Assembly: GCA_046292385.1 (NCBI GenBank)
Contig: JBKBRF010000003.1
Coordinates: forward strand, 74,845-138,844
Origin: Armatimonadota bacterium
Lineage (GTDB): Bacteria; Armatimonadota; SYMT01
Direction: 5' to 3'
DNA: 64,000 nucleotides
The position numbers were made by a program, and so were the translations under genes. Positions 27,328 to 36,396 of this stretch are shown in pieces. Below the pieces are notes generated by a model, which was given only the letters and a program-made list of their open reading frames with translations, did not search any database and was not told the origin of the DNA. Numbering within the stretch: the first letter of the stretch is position 1; each line of letters starts with the position of its first letter.

Positions 27328-28717
27328 CCGACCGCGAGGCCGGGAGCTCTGCGCCGCCGGCGCCCGCCGGGTGGGGGAGCCGCTCTACGCCACCGCCTCG
27401 CGGGTCGACCTCTGGCTGGTGGTGGAAGTCAGCGGCGCCTGGCCCGTAGAGGTGGGGGACTCGCTCGATCCGGGGAGCCCCCTGGGCCGCGCGCTGCTGC
27501 CGGTGCTGAATGCGGTGCCGCGCTCCCGCGTGCTGTTCGTCAAGGGCGCGGAGCGCGGGCTGCGTGAGACCCTCGCCTTTTACGCGGCGGTTTCCGACGA
27601 AGCCGAGCCCCGCCTCTACCACTGGGAGCTGGAGCGCTATGAGGATTTGGAGGAGATCGACCTCTGGGGCGTGCTGGCGGGAGAGGAGCGGTACGACCGC
27701 TGCCGCCAGGCAGAGCCGCTCTTCCTGATCTGCACCCACGGCACGCACGACCGCTGCTGCGCCAAGTTCGGCTTCCCGCTCTACCGCGCCCTCGCGTGGC
27801 AGCGGCCGGAGCGGGTGTGGCAATCGTCGCACGTCGGCGGCGACCGGTTCGCCGGCAACCTGGTCTGCCTCCCCGCCGGCCTCTACTACGGCTTCGTGGA
27901 GCCGGACGACGGCGAGGTGATCCTGGAGCTGACGGAGCAGGGGCAGCTCTACCCCTCCCGCTGGCGCGGGCGCACCTGCTACCCGCCCCCGGTGCAGGCC
28001 GCCGAGCATTTCCTGCGGGAAGTGGAGCACGAGACGGCGATCCACGCCTACCGGCTGCGGTCGCACCGGCGGGGGGGCGAGACGACCGAGGCCCGCTTCC
28101 TCGAAACCGGCTCGGGCCGGCAGCACCTGGTGCGGGTGGAGACGACGCTGCGCGAGGGGCGGCGTTACATGACCTGCGACACGGAAGAGGAGCAGCCGGT
28201 CTCCGGCTATCGTCTGCTCGACCACCAGGTGCTCCCCGCGGAGCCGGAGCCGGCCTCACCCGGAGAGGCGGGCTACCGGCTGGAGCCGGCGGCGATGCGG
28301 GATTACGCCTTCATCTACCGCCTGCGCCGGGAGACGCTCCGCCGCTGCCTGGACGAGCTGGGAATGCCGGGGGAGGAGCGGGGCCCATTCTGCGCTCGCT
28401 TCGACGTGACGCGCCACCGCCTCGTCTACGCCGGGGCGCAGGATCCCGCCGGCGCGATCAGCGTGCTGGAGCGGGAGCGGGAGCTGCACCTGACCAACCT
28501 TCACCTCCTGCCGGCCTACCAGGGGCGCGGGCTCGGCGCGGCGCTGGTGCGAGAGGTTCAGGCCCAGGCCCGGGCGACCCGGCGGCGCGTCACCACGCAG
28601 GTGCTGAAGGTCAACCCCGCGCGTGCCTTCTACGAGCGCCTCGGCTTCCGGGTCGAGGGCGAAGAGGGGCCGCGCTATCGCATGGCGTGGGAGCCGTCTC
28701 GCGCGGTTGGGGTATAG
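27320..28717 (+). CDS. Sucrase/ferredoxin-like domain fused to C-terminal GNAT acetyltransferase
   Basis: LICTHGTHDRCCA, WQSSHVGGDRFAGN, YYG; C-terminal LLPAYQGRGLG...NPARAFYERLGF. ATG overlaps the JmjC stop. Confidence 0.85.
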   Translation: MPSRPRGRELCAAGARRVGEPLYATASRVDLWLVVEVSGAWPVEVGDSLDPGSPLGRALLPVLNAVPRSRVLFVKGAERGLRETLAFYAAVSDEAEPRLYHWELERYEDLEEIDLWGVLAGEERYDRCRQAEPLFLICTHGTHDRCCAKFGFPLYRALAWQRPERVWQSSHVGGDRFAGNLVCLPAGLYYGFVEPDDGEVILELTEQGQLYPSRWRGRTCYPPPVQAAEHFLREVEHETAIHAYRLRSHRRGGETTEARFLETGSGRQHLVRVETTLREGRRYMTCDTEEEQPVSGYRLLDHQVLPAEPEPASPGEAGYRLEPAAMRDYAFIYRLRRETLRRCLDELGMPGEERGPFCARFDVTRHRLVYAGAQDPAGAISVLERERELHLTNLHLLPAYQGRGLGAALVREVQAQARATRRRVTTQVLKVNPARAFYERLGFRVEGEEGPRYRMAWEPSRAVGV

Positions 28718-28761
28718 CTGTGAGTAGCCGCCGCTCCGAGTCGAGTGCTGGAGGTGGAACG

Positions 28762-29184
28762 ATGTCGGAAGCCGCACGCAGCGATCTTCCCGGTCGCGTT
28801 CGCAGCTTTCTCTCCGCCGAGCGGTTCGCGGTGGCGGGAGCGAGCGATGATCCCGCCAAGTTCGGGCACCGCTGCTACGCGGCGCTGCTGCGGAACGGGT
28901 ACGCCGTCTACCCGGTCAATCCCCGCGCGACCGAAGTGCTGGGAAACCCCACGTTCCCGGACCTCGCCTCGCTGCCGGAGCCGGTGCAGTCGCTCTCCAT
29001 CGTCACCCCGCCGCCGGTGACGGAGCAGGTGGTGGAGCAGGCGATCCGGGCGGGGGTGCGCTCCGTCTGGATGCAGCCGGGGGCGGAGAGCGCGGCCGCG
29101 GTACGGCGCGCCGAGGAAGCCGGCCTGGAGGTGATCTCCGGCGGCCCCTGCCTGCTCGTTGCGCTGGCCTCCGGCAGGGTGTAA
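28762..29184 (+). CDS. CoA-binding protein (YccU-like)
   Basis: AVAGASDDPAKFG, VYPVNP, VWMQPG and GPCLLV; GGAGG RBS. Confidence 0.88.
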   Translation: MSEAARSDLPGRVRSFLSAERFAVAGASDDPAKFGHRCYAALLRNGYAVYPVNPRATEVLGNPTFPDLASLPEPVQSLSIVTPPPVTEQVVEQAIRAGVRSVWMQPGAESAAAVRRAEEAGLEVISGGPCLLVALASGRV

Positions 29185-29225
29185 CCTCCACGCCCCGGGA
29201 TCAGTCGAAAGCGCGGAGGCCTCCC

Positions 29226-31385
29226 ATGTCACCCGCTCCGACCCCCCGTCTGTTTCCGGCGCTCGCCGCCGCGGCGCTCCTGCTTCCGCTCGCGGCCTCC
29301 GCTCGCACCGACCGGGTCACCGGACGGACGCCGGAGCCGGAGCTGCTGGTGCAGGCGCTCGACCGCTCGCTCTCCACCGCGGTGCTCAGCGGCGACGGCC
29401 GCTGGCTGATCACCGGCAGCGGAGACCGGCGCGTGCAGGTCTGGGACGCGCGCACCGGCCTGCTGACGCGCAACCTCCCCACCGGCGGCCCGGTGGCGGA
29501 GGTCGACCTCTCTCCGGATGCTCGCGTGGTCGCCGCGGGTGGACTGGAGGGAGCGGTCCGGCTGTGGGACCGCGAAACCGGCGCGGAGCGGGCCGTGCTG
29601 AAGACCGACCCGCAGGGCACCCTCTCCGTCCGCTTCTCCCCCGCCGGTCCGCACCTGGCGACCGCGGACCACCGCGGCGTGAAGCTGTGGCACGCCGGCA
29701 CCGGCCGCTTCCTCCGGGCGCTGGAGGGCACGGGCGACTTTCTCTCCATCGGCCTCTATCCGGGCGTCGCCTTCTCCCCGGACGGAAAGCTCCTCGCCGC
29801 GCTTACCATGGAGGGCTGGGCGCTCTGGGATCCCGCCATCGGACGCAAGCTGCGCCAGCTCCCGAAGCAGCTGGACCGCGACACGGCGGTCGCCTTCTCG
29901 CGCGACGGCAAGCTGCTCGCGACCGCCCACGTCACCGCCCGGTACACGCTGCCGACTGCCGAGATCGCCTTCTGGAGCACCGCCACCGGAAAGCGGGCCC
30001 GCGCCGTCACCACCGGGCAGGACGCTCTGATTTCCCTCGCCTTCGCGCCGGACGACCGCACCCTGCTGGCCGGCACCCGCTTCTCCCGCGGCCTGCAGGT
30101 GTGGGACGTCCCCTCCGGAAAGCGGCTGCGGACCGTCGGAAGCCTCCCCGGAGCGGTCACCCTCTCCCGCGATGGCCGAACCCTGGCGGCGTGGAGCTCT
30201 GGATTCGGCGCTCCGCCGGAAGTCCGCACCTGGCGCGTCTCCGATTTGCGGACGATGAAGACAATGCCCCTGGCGGCCCTCCCCACGCCGGCGGAGCCGG
30301 TGAGCGTGCTGCAGGCGGCCGGTGCCGGTAGCACGCTCGTGGCGGTGGGCGAGACCGGCCGCGCCTGGCGCTGGGACGGCGAGCGGGCGCGGCTGGAGCG
30401 AGCCGTTTCCCTGCCGGGCGGCGCGTATCAGCGCGTGGTCCTCTCCGCGGACGGCGCCACCGCGGCCGCTGCGTCGGTCGACTGCCTGACGGTCTGGGAT
30501 ACCGCGACGGGGCGGGTGCGTCGGACCTTCCGCTTCACCGGGGAAGACCTCGGCGAGTCGGTCGCCGCCCTCACGCCCGACGGCCGCCGCGTCGCCCTCG
30601 CCGACCGTGCCTACCCGGGCGACCGGAACCTCCTGTACCTGCGCTGGTGGAGCGTGGAGACCGGCGAGCAGCAGGGCGAGCTCCGCTGGCCGGAGACGGT
30701 GCCGCTGGCGCTCGCCGCCTCCCGGGAGGAGCTGATCCTGACCGTCATCAACGTGGAGCGCGAGCGCCGCGAGCTGCGAGGGGTCGACCTCCGCACCGGC
30801 CAGCTCCGGCGTACCCAACCGCTCGAAGGCTTCCCCGGCAGCGCCCTCGGCGTTTCACCGGACGGAGCCACCGCCGCGGTGCCGATGCACGCGATCGTCG
30901 GTGACCACTGGGACTTCCCCGTCGACCTCTGGAGCCGGGAGCGCGACCGCCCCACGGCGCGGCTGCTCGGGTTCCGGCAGGTGCCGGAGAGCGTCACCTT
31001 CTCCACCTCCGGAGCGCGCGTTGCCGCTGGCGGCAGCGAGGGGACGGTGCGCGTCTGGAAGGCCGAAAGTGAGACCCCGCTCACTACCCTTCGCGCGCAC
31101 CGGCGGGAAGTGGCGGCCCTCGCCTTCGTGGGGGAGAATCGCCTCGCCACCGCGGGCGGAGACGGCGAGCTCGCGCTCTGGGAGGTGCCCGGCGGGAAGC
31201 GGCTGGCGACGCTGCTGGTCTTTCCCTCCGGCGAGTGGCTCGCCTACCGGCCGGACCACCGCTACACCGGCTCGCCGGGGATCGAGAAGCGCCTGGCGTG
31301 GAGGGTAGGCCGGCGGGTGGTCTCCGGCAGCAAATCTGGCGTGCGCTTCCGGGTGGAGAGGCTGCTCCCGCCACCGGGCGGTTGA
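29226..31385 (+). CDS. Secreted WD40-repeat protein
   Basis: Signal peptide; repeated FSPDG..LA....D..V.LWD. Confidence 0.85.
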   Translation: MSPAPTPRLFPALAAAALLLPLAASARTDRVTGRTPEPELLVQALDRSLSTAVLSGDGRWLITGSGDRRVQVWDARTGLLTRNLPTGGPVAEVDLSPDARVVAAGGLEGAVRLWDRETGAERAVLKTDPQGTLSVRFSPAGPHLATADHRGVKLWHAGTGRFLRALEGTGDFLSIGLYPGVAFSPDGKLLAALTMEGWALWDPAIGRKLRQLPKQLDRDTAVAFSRDGKLLATAHVTARYTLPTAEIAFWSTATGKRARAVTTGQDALISLAFAPDDRTLLAGTRFSRGLQVWDVPSGKRLRTVGSLPGAVTLSRDGRTLAAWSSGFGAPPEVRTWRVSDLRTMKTMPLAALPTPAEPVSVLQAAGAGSTLVAVGETGRAWRWDGERARLERAVSLPGGAYQRVVLSADGATAAAASVDCLTVWDTATGRVRRTFRFTGEDLGESVAALTPDGRRVALADRAYPGDRNLLYLRWWSVETGEQQGELRWPETVPLALAASREELILTVINVERERRELRGVDLRTGQLRRTQPLEGFPGSALGVSPDGATAAVPMHAIVGDHWDFPVDLWSRERDRPTARLLGFRQVPESVTFSTSGARVAAGGSEGTVRVWKAESETPLTTLRAHRREVAALAFVGENRLATAGGDGELALWEVPGGKRLATLLVFPSGEWLAYRPDHRYTGSPGIEKRLAWRVGRRVVSGSKSGVRFRVERLLPPPGG

Positions 31386-31393
31386 GGTTAGCT

Positions 31394-31684
31394 GCTTCTT
31401 CGCCTCGGGAGCAGCGTCGAGCCCGGGCGCCCGACCCCGCGCCCTTGTCGGCGGAGCCAGCCCTCCCGCGGCGGGTGCCCTCCGCGGCCTTTTCACGCGC
31501 CTTCGGCGCTAGCAGGCCGCTCCGGGAGTGCGTTTCGGTACGCTCTTCCCGCGCCACCGCCGTGATCTACCCTTCGGCTCTGCTCACGGGCTGGCTCCGC
31601 CGCCTTCGAGCGAACTCCCCTGGGCCCAGGGGAGTTCACAGGGGCCGTCCTCCGGTCCAGCCTGCGGCTGCACCTCCCGACGCC
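31394..31684 (-). ncRNA. Putative structured ncRNA or non-autonomous element, copy A
   Basis: Homologous to 47119-47413 in inverted orientation, with compensatory changes in several stems. Confidence 0.6.
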
Positions 31685-31865
31685 AGAGCGAGGCACGACT
31701 GAGTCCCCGGATGGGACCCTCTAATCCGGGGGGACAAACGCCGGGTTGTGTTGCTCCCGCTCCTCCCGCCCGCGGGGGCCCACCCCGGCCGAAGAGGGGT
31801 TCCTCTCTCTGCGTCGAACGAGACGGTACGCCGAAGCCCGCGTCGCCCGGCGTGAGGAGGTCCCG

Positions 31866-33386
31866 ATGCCGCACTCCCGATCCCGTCGCCAGTTCCTCGC
31901 CCGCACCGCCGCGGGAGGCGCGCTCGCCGCCGCGGGGGAGCTCTCGTTCCTCTCCGCGCTGCGGCCGATCGCCGCCGAGGAGACGCAGGTGAAGCCGGGG
32001 CACGTGCGACTCCGGCCGGAGATCGAGCCGCTGGTGCGGCTAGTGGAGGAGAGCCCGCGCGACCGCCTGCTGGAGCGGATGGCGGAGGAGATCCGCCGGG
32101 GCACCTCCTACCGCGAGGTGCTGGCCGCCCTGATGCTGGCGGGGGTGCGGAATATCAAGCCGCGGCCGGTCGGCTTCAAGTTCCACGCCGTGCTGGTGGT
32201 CAACTCCGCGCACCAGGCGAGCCTCGCCTCGGCCGATCGCGACCGCTGGCTGCCGCTCTTCTGGGCGCTCGACTACTTCAAAGGCTCCCAGGCCCGGGAC
32301 GTGCAGGAGGGGGACTGGACGATGTCCGCCCTTCCGGACTCCGCGCTCCCGTCGCCGGACCAGGCGCGCCGCCGCTTCGTGGAGGCGATGGACCGCTGGG
32401 ACGAGGAGGGGGCGGACGCCGCCGTCGCCCAGCTCGCGCGCACCGCGCCGGCCGGAGAAGTGTGGGAGATGTTCTGGCGCTACGGCGCGCGCGACTTCCG
32501 CGACATCGGGCACAAGGCGATCTACGTGGCGAACGCTTGCCGCACGCTCCAGGTGATCGGCCGGGAGCACTCGGAGCCGGTGCTGCGCTCGCTCGCGTTC
32601 GCCCTGCTGATGCGGGGGAACGTCAACCCCGCGGAGGCGGACGAGCCGGCCGACCGCCCCTGGCGCCGCAACCTGGAGCGGGCGAAGGAGCTCGGCCCCG
32701 GCGCGCTGCACGGCACGCGGGTCGACCCCGCCGCCACGCGGGAGCTGCTCTCCGCCCTCCACTCCGGCTCCCCGGACGACGCGGCGGGCCGCGCGGCGGC
32801 GCTGCTCAAGTCCGGCGTCGCTCCCGCCAGCGTGTGGGACGGCGTAATGGCCGGCGCGGGCGAGCTGCTGATGCGGAAGCCGGGGATCGTCGGCATCCAC
32901 TGCGTCACCACCGCCAACGCGCTCCACTACGCCTACAGCGCCGCCGCCTCGGACGAGACCCGCCTGATGATGCTGCTCCAGGGCGCCGCCTTCATGCCGC
33001 TGTTCCGCGAGGCGATGGGCGACCCGGGCGACGTGCGCCTCGACCGCCTGGAGCCGCTGGCGATGCAGAGCAGCGGTCCCGCCGCGGTGGAGGAGGTGCT
33101 GGCGGACGTGAGCCGGAGCCGCATGGACGCCGCCCGGAAGGCGCTCGGCTACCTGGAGGCGGGCGGCTCGGCGGAAGAGCTGCTCGCCGCGGCCCGGCGC
33201 CTGATCTTCCTGAAGGGCACCGACTCGCACGACTACAAGTTCAGCTCCGCCGCGCTGGAAGACTACTACCACGTCAGCCCGGAGTGGCGGAACCGCTTTC
33301 TCGCCTCCGCGATGTTCAACCTGCGCGGCGCCGGCGACCGCGACAACCCGCTCACCGGCCGCATCCGCGCCGCCCTCTCCGGCTGA
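31866..33386 (+). CDS. Tat-exported hypothetical protein
   Basis: SRRQFL Tat motif, GAGGAGG RBS; conserved-looking GFKFHAVL, DIGHKAI and DSHDYK. Confidence 0.8.
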   Translation: MPHSRSRRQFLARTAAGGALAAAGELSFLSALRPIAAEETQVKPGHVRLRPEIEPLVRLVEESPRDRLLERMAEEIRRGTSYREVLAALMLAGVRNIKPRPVGFKFHAVLVVNSAHQASLASADRDRWLPLFWALDYFKGSQARDVQEGDWTMSALPDSALPSPDQARRRFVEAMDRWDEEGADAAVAQLARTAPAGEVWEMFWRYGARDFRDIGHKAIYVANACRTLQVIGREHSEPVLRSLAFALLMRGNVNPAEADEPADRPWRRNLERAKELGPGALHGTRVDPAATRELLSALHSGSPDDAAGRAAALLKSGVAPASVWDGVMAGAGELLMRKPGIVGIHCVTTANALHYAYSAAASDETRLMMLLQGAAFMPLFREAMGDPGDVRLDRLEPLAMQSSGPAAVEEVLADVSRSRMDAARKALGYLEAGGSAEELLAAARRLIFLKGTDSHDYKFSSAALEDYYHVSPEWRNRFLASAMFNLRGAGDRDNPLTGRIRAALSG

Positions 33387-33413
33387 TGAGGTGCGTGGAG
33401 GTCTTCCCTGACG

Positions 33414-33461
33414 GGCGGTTGAAACCGCGGCAACTACGGCACGAAGTGCCCCTTCGGGCAC
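33414..33461. repeat. REP-like palindromic element
   Basis: GCGGTTGAAACCGC and AGTGCCCCTTCGGGCACT hairpins just after a stop codon. Confidence 0.45.
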
Positions 33462-33584
33462 TCGGCAGCGCTGGTACGGGCTTCCGGCTCAGGCCTGGCA
33501 GGGATAGTCGAACAGGGAAGTCGATCCCTCGCGGCCGCAACAGCCAAAACGTGGTAACCGGCTGCTGATCCACCCCACGAGCAG

Positions 33585-34712
33585 ATGTTCCCAGAGCAGC
33601 CGCCAGTCCGATCCGAGCCCGCCGACAACCCCCGGGAAGAGGCGCTGCGCCTCGTCGAGGAAGCGCAGCGCCGGCTGCCTCGCTCCATCGGAAATGTTCT
33701 GGATGGAACCGCTTTCCTGGACGGGCACCCGATCTCCGAACGCGAGTACCATCGAGCAGTCCGGGCGGCCATTCGCGATTACAGTCGTGCGATCGAGCTC
33801 GACCCCCAGTGTCTCGAAGCGTACCTCCGCCGGGCTCTGCTCTACAAGCGGATCGCGGGGGAACGGTGGCTCGATCGCCTGACCGTCAACCTGCTCTTTC
33901 GCCGGCGAGCAGAGGACTTCCCGGAACACCAACTCGCCGTTGCCGATGCCCGGAAAGTCCTGGCGCTGGAGCCGGCGGACTGCGGCGTCTACCTCACGAT
34001 CAGTCAGCTGCTCTCCGGAGAGGAGCGCGTCGACGCGCTGCGAAAGGGCCTGTCCCGGGCGGGGGGCTCGCGCGCGTATCGCGGGCTGCTCCAGGGCGAG
34101 CTTCCGCTTGCGCTGATGTTCGATGGGCAGGTCCGCAGCGCCATTCGGGAATGGCGGATCTTGCTTCGCGAGTCGTTCAGCGGCGTCTTCCACGCCGAGC
34201 AGCTCGCGCTCTGCTACTCCGCGTTGGAGATGCACCCGGAGACCGAGGCCGCATTCCGCCTCGCCCTTGGAATCTTTCGCCACTCCGGCGAAAGCAACTG
34301 GCTGCTGCTGCTGCCGACACCGGAGGAGGTGGCCTCCAACCTGGCGGAGGGCATCCTCCGCTGCCGCCTGCGGCGCGGCGACTGGGACGGCCTCCGAGCG
34401 AGGCTGCAGCTCTGCGCGCAGTACCTGCTGCCGGGGCGGGACTCCGGCTACCGGGCGCTCCTCTCCGCCCGGAGCGGGGAGCGCGTCGACGACCTCCCGG
34501 GCGTCCTGCGGCACCTGCGTCTCCGGGCGAAAGCCGACCCCCACCCGCGCTTCCTCGCGGGGCTGCTGCTCGAGAGCCTCGGCCGCCACCGGGAATCGCG
34601 GCGGCACTACCGCAGCTACCTGCGGGAGCTCACTCGCCACGAGGAGGAGCGCTGGTACCCATGGGAGCGGACCCACGCCACGCGCCGCCTCGTGGAGCCG
34701 GAGCCCGGCTAA
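33585..34712 (+). CDS. TPR-like hypothetical protein
   Basis: AIRDYSRAIELDPQCLEAYLRRA. Confidence 0.65.
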   Translation: MFPEQPPVRSEPADNPREEALRLVEEAQRRLPRSIGNVLDGTAFLDGHPISEREYHRAVRAAIRDYSRAIELDPQCLEAYLRRALLYKRIAGERWLDRLTVNLLFRRRAEDFPEHQLAVADARKVLALEPADCGVYLTISQLLSGEERVDALRKGLSRAGGSRAYRGLLQGELPLALMFDGQVRSAIREWRILLRESFSGVFHAEQLALCYSALEMHPETEAAFRLALGIFRHSGESNWLLLLPTPEEVASNLAEGILRCRLRRGDWDGLRARLQLCAQYLLPGRDSGYRALLSARSGERVDDLPGVLRHLRLRAKADPHPRFLAGLLLESLGRHRESRRHYRSYLRELTRHEEERWYPWERTHATRRLVEPEPG

Positions 34713-34743
34713 CCTGCCGGCAAGCACGGCATCGAACCGCAGC

Positions 34744-36015
34744 TCACGGTTCCGCCGGCGGAGGGGCCGTGAATCCGGCCCGATGGCGAGGCCTCAGCTG
34801 GCCGAAGACAATGTCGCCGCGGGCGCTCGCCTCGGGTGACCAGGGGACCTCCACGCTCCGCCCGCCGTCGTCGATCCCGTCCGGGCCGAGGCTGTAAACG
34901 AGAGGGCGGCCGTGCTGCAGCCGGTAGACAAGCGGGCGGCCCCACTCGTCCTGCGGGACCCCGCGGAGCCACTTTCCGCGGAGCTCCTCCCACGAGCCGG
35001 GGTAGTAGCCCTGCTCTCGCTGCCGGCGCTCCACAGCCAGCGCTGCGTAGAGCAGCCGGACCCTCGTGTGATCTAGCTGGACGAATGGCGCCCGGTGCTC
35101 CACGCAGAAGTACTCCGCCCACGGGTCGGCGGGCAGCGGAACGGTGACCTGGGCCGGGATCGGCTTCCCGGCTTCCTTCGCGACCACGCGGTAGTAGCCT
35201 TCCACCCGCGCAAGGGCCTCGCGGCGCGGCGAGAGGAGCAGCCGGAACTTCTCCAGCCGGCCGAAGTCACCGAAATCATCGAGGGCCGTCCACTGCCGCG
35301 GGAGCGCCTTGCCGTTCAGCTCCCGAAAGTACCGGGCCATATCCGCGGGAGCGATCGCCGCCTCCGTCTCCATCGCCTGTGCGACGGACGGCCAGCCGGC
35401 CTGCAGACGGTCGAGCCGCGCGAGCGCGGTCTCCAGCGCCGCCAGGGAGACGCGCGCGGGGAGCGCCTCCACCCGTGCCAGCCCGATCCCGGCGACCGCG
35501 GCCCCGACGAGCATTCCGAGGGTGCCCTCGCCTTCGCGGAGGCGGACGCCCAGCTCGATCGCGTCCAGCAGATTGCCCAGCGCTGCGTCGGCGTCTCCTC
35601 GGCGCTCGGCGAGGAGCGCCTCCGCGGCGAAGCACCGGGCCGCCTCACGAAACGCGGAGTGCTCCTCCTGGTACTGCGTCAGGCGAGAGAGCGGGACGCG
35701 CCACTCCCTGCCGTACGATGCGCGCAGTCGCTGGAGGGCCGGGCGCACCGGGGAGAGTGTCCTCTCCAGCTCGGCCGTGGTGCCCTCCGGCCAGGTGGCC
35801 GGGGTCGGGCCGAGGCTCCGCTGCACTTCGAAAGCAGCTCCCATCCCGTCGAGGAACCCGCGCGGCGGCGGCGCCGCATCCACGGGCAGCGTGACTTCCG
35901 GGACCGCGGTGACGTAACGCCAGTAGGCGGCGGACCCGGCGAGCACCGCCAGCAGCAGGCCGAAGAGGCTGCCGCCGACCCACAGCCCCGCTCGCCGCGC
36001 CCGCTTCGCTCCCAT
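34744..36015 (-). CDS. Membrane-anchored hypothetical protein with GspG-like C-terminal motif
   Basis: N-terminal TM; C-terminal PQDEWGRPLVY...VYSLGPDGIDDGG. Confidence 0.7.
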   Translation of the reverse strand: MGAKRARRAGLWVGGSLFGLLLAVLAGSAAYWRYVTAVPEVTLPVDAAPPPRGFLDGMGAAFEVQRSLGPTPATWPEGTTAELERTLSPVRPALQRLRASYGREWRVPLSRLTQYQEEHSAFREAARCFAAEALLAERRGDADAALGNLLDAIELGVRLREGEGTLGMLVGAAVAGIGLARVEALPARVSLAALETALARLDRLQAGWPSVAQAMETEAAIAPADMARYFRELNGKALPRQWTALDDFGDFGRLEKFRLLLSPRREALARVEGYYRVVAKEAGKPIPAQVTVPLPADPWAEYFCVEHRAPFVQLDHTRVRLLYAALAVERRQREQGYYPGSWEELRGKWLRGVPQDEWGRPLVYRLQHGRPLVYSLGPDGIDDGGRSVEVPWSPEASARGDIVFGQLRPRHRAGFTAPPPAEP

Positions 36016-36016
36016 C

Positions 36017-36379
36017 TCAGCGGCGCTTGCGGTGTTTGGCCAGCAGCTCCAGGAACTCGAGCGCCAGCTCCTGGTCCGCCGGCTCCAGCCCGCCGAAGAG
36101 CCGCTGCACCCGCTCGTCCTCCTCCGGCGCCGACTCCCCGCCGCCGCTGCCGCGGCGGGAGGCGTCGTCCATCGCCTCCTGCAGCAGGTCGAGCACGCTG
36201 AGCCGGAAGTAGCGGGCGAGCCGCTCCAACTCGTCCAGCGTGGGGCTGGTGCGCCCCGTCTCCAGCGCGCTGATGTAGCTGGCGCTGCGGTCGATGCCGG
36301 TGTGATCCACCAGCTCCTGCTGCGTGAGCCGCGCCCACTCCCGGCGGCGGCGCAGCGTCTTTCCGATCTCGATCGCCAT
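36017..36379 (-). CDS. XRE-family HTH transcriptional regulator
   Basis: LRRRREWARLTQQEL...SYISALETGRTSPT. Confidence 0.88.
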   Translation of the reverse strand: MAIEIGKTLRRRREWARLTQQELVDHTGIDRSASYISALETGRTSPTLDELERLARYFRLSVLDLLQEAMDDASRRGSGGGESAPEEDERVQRLFGGLEPADQELALEFLELLAKHRKRR

Positions 36380-36396
36380 CCGTGCTTATCCTCTCG

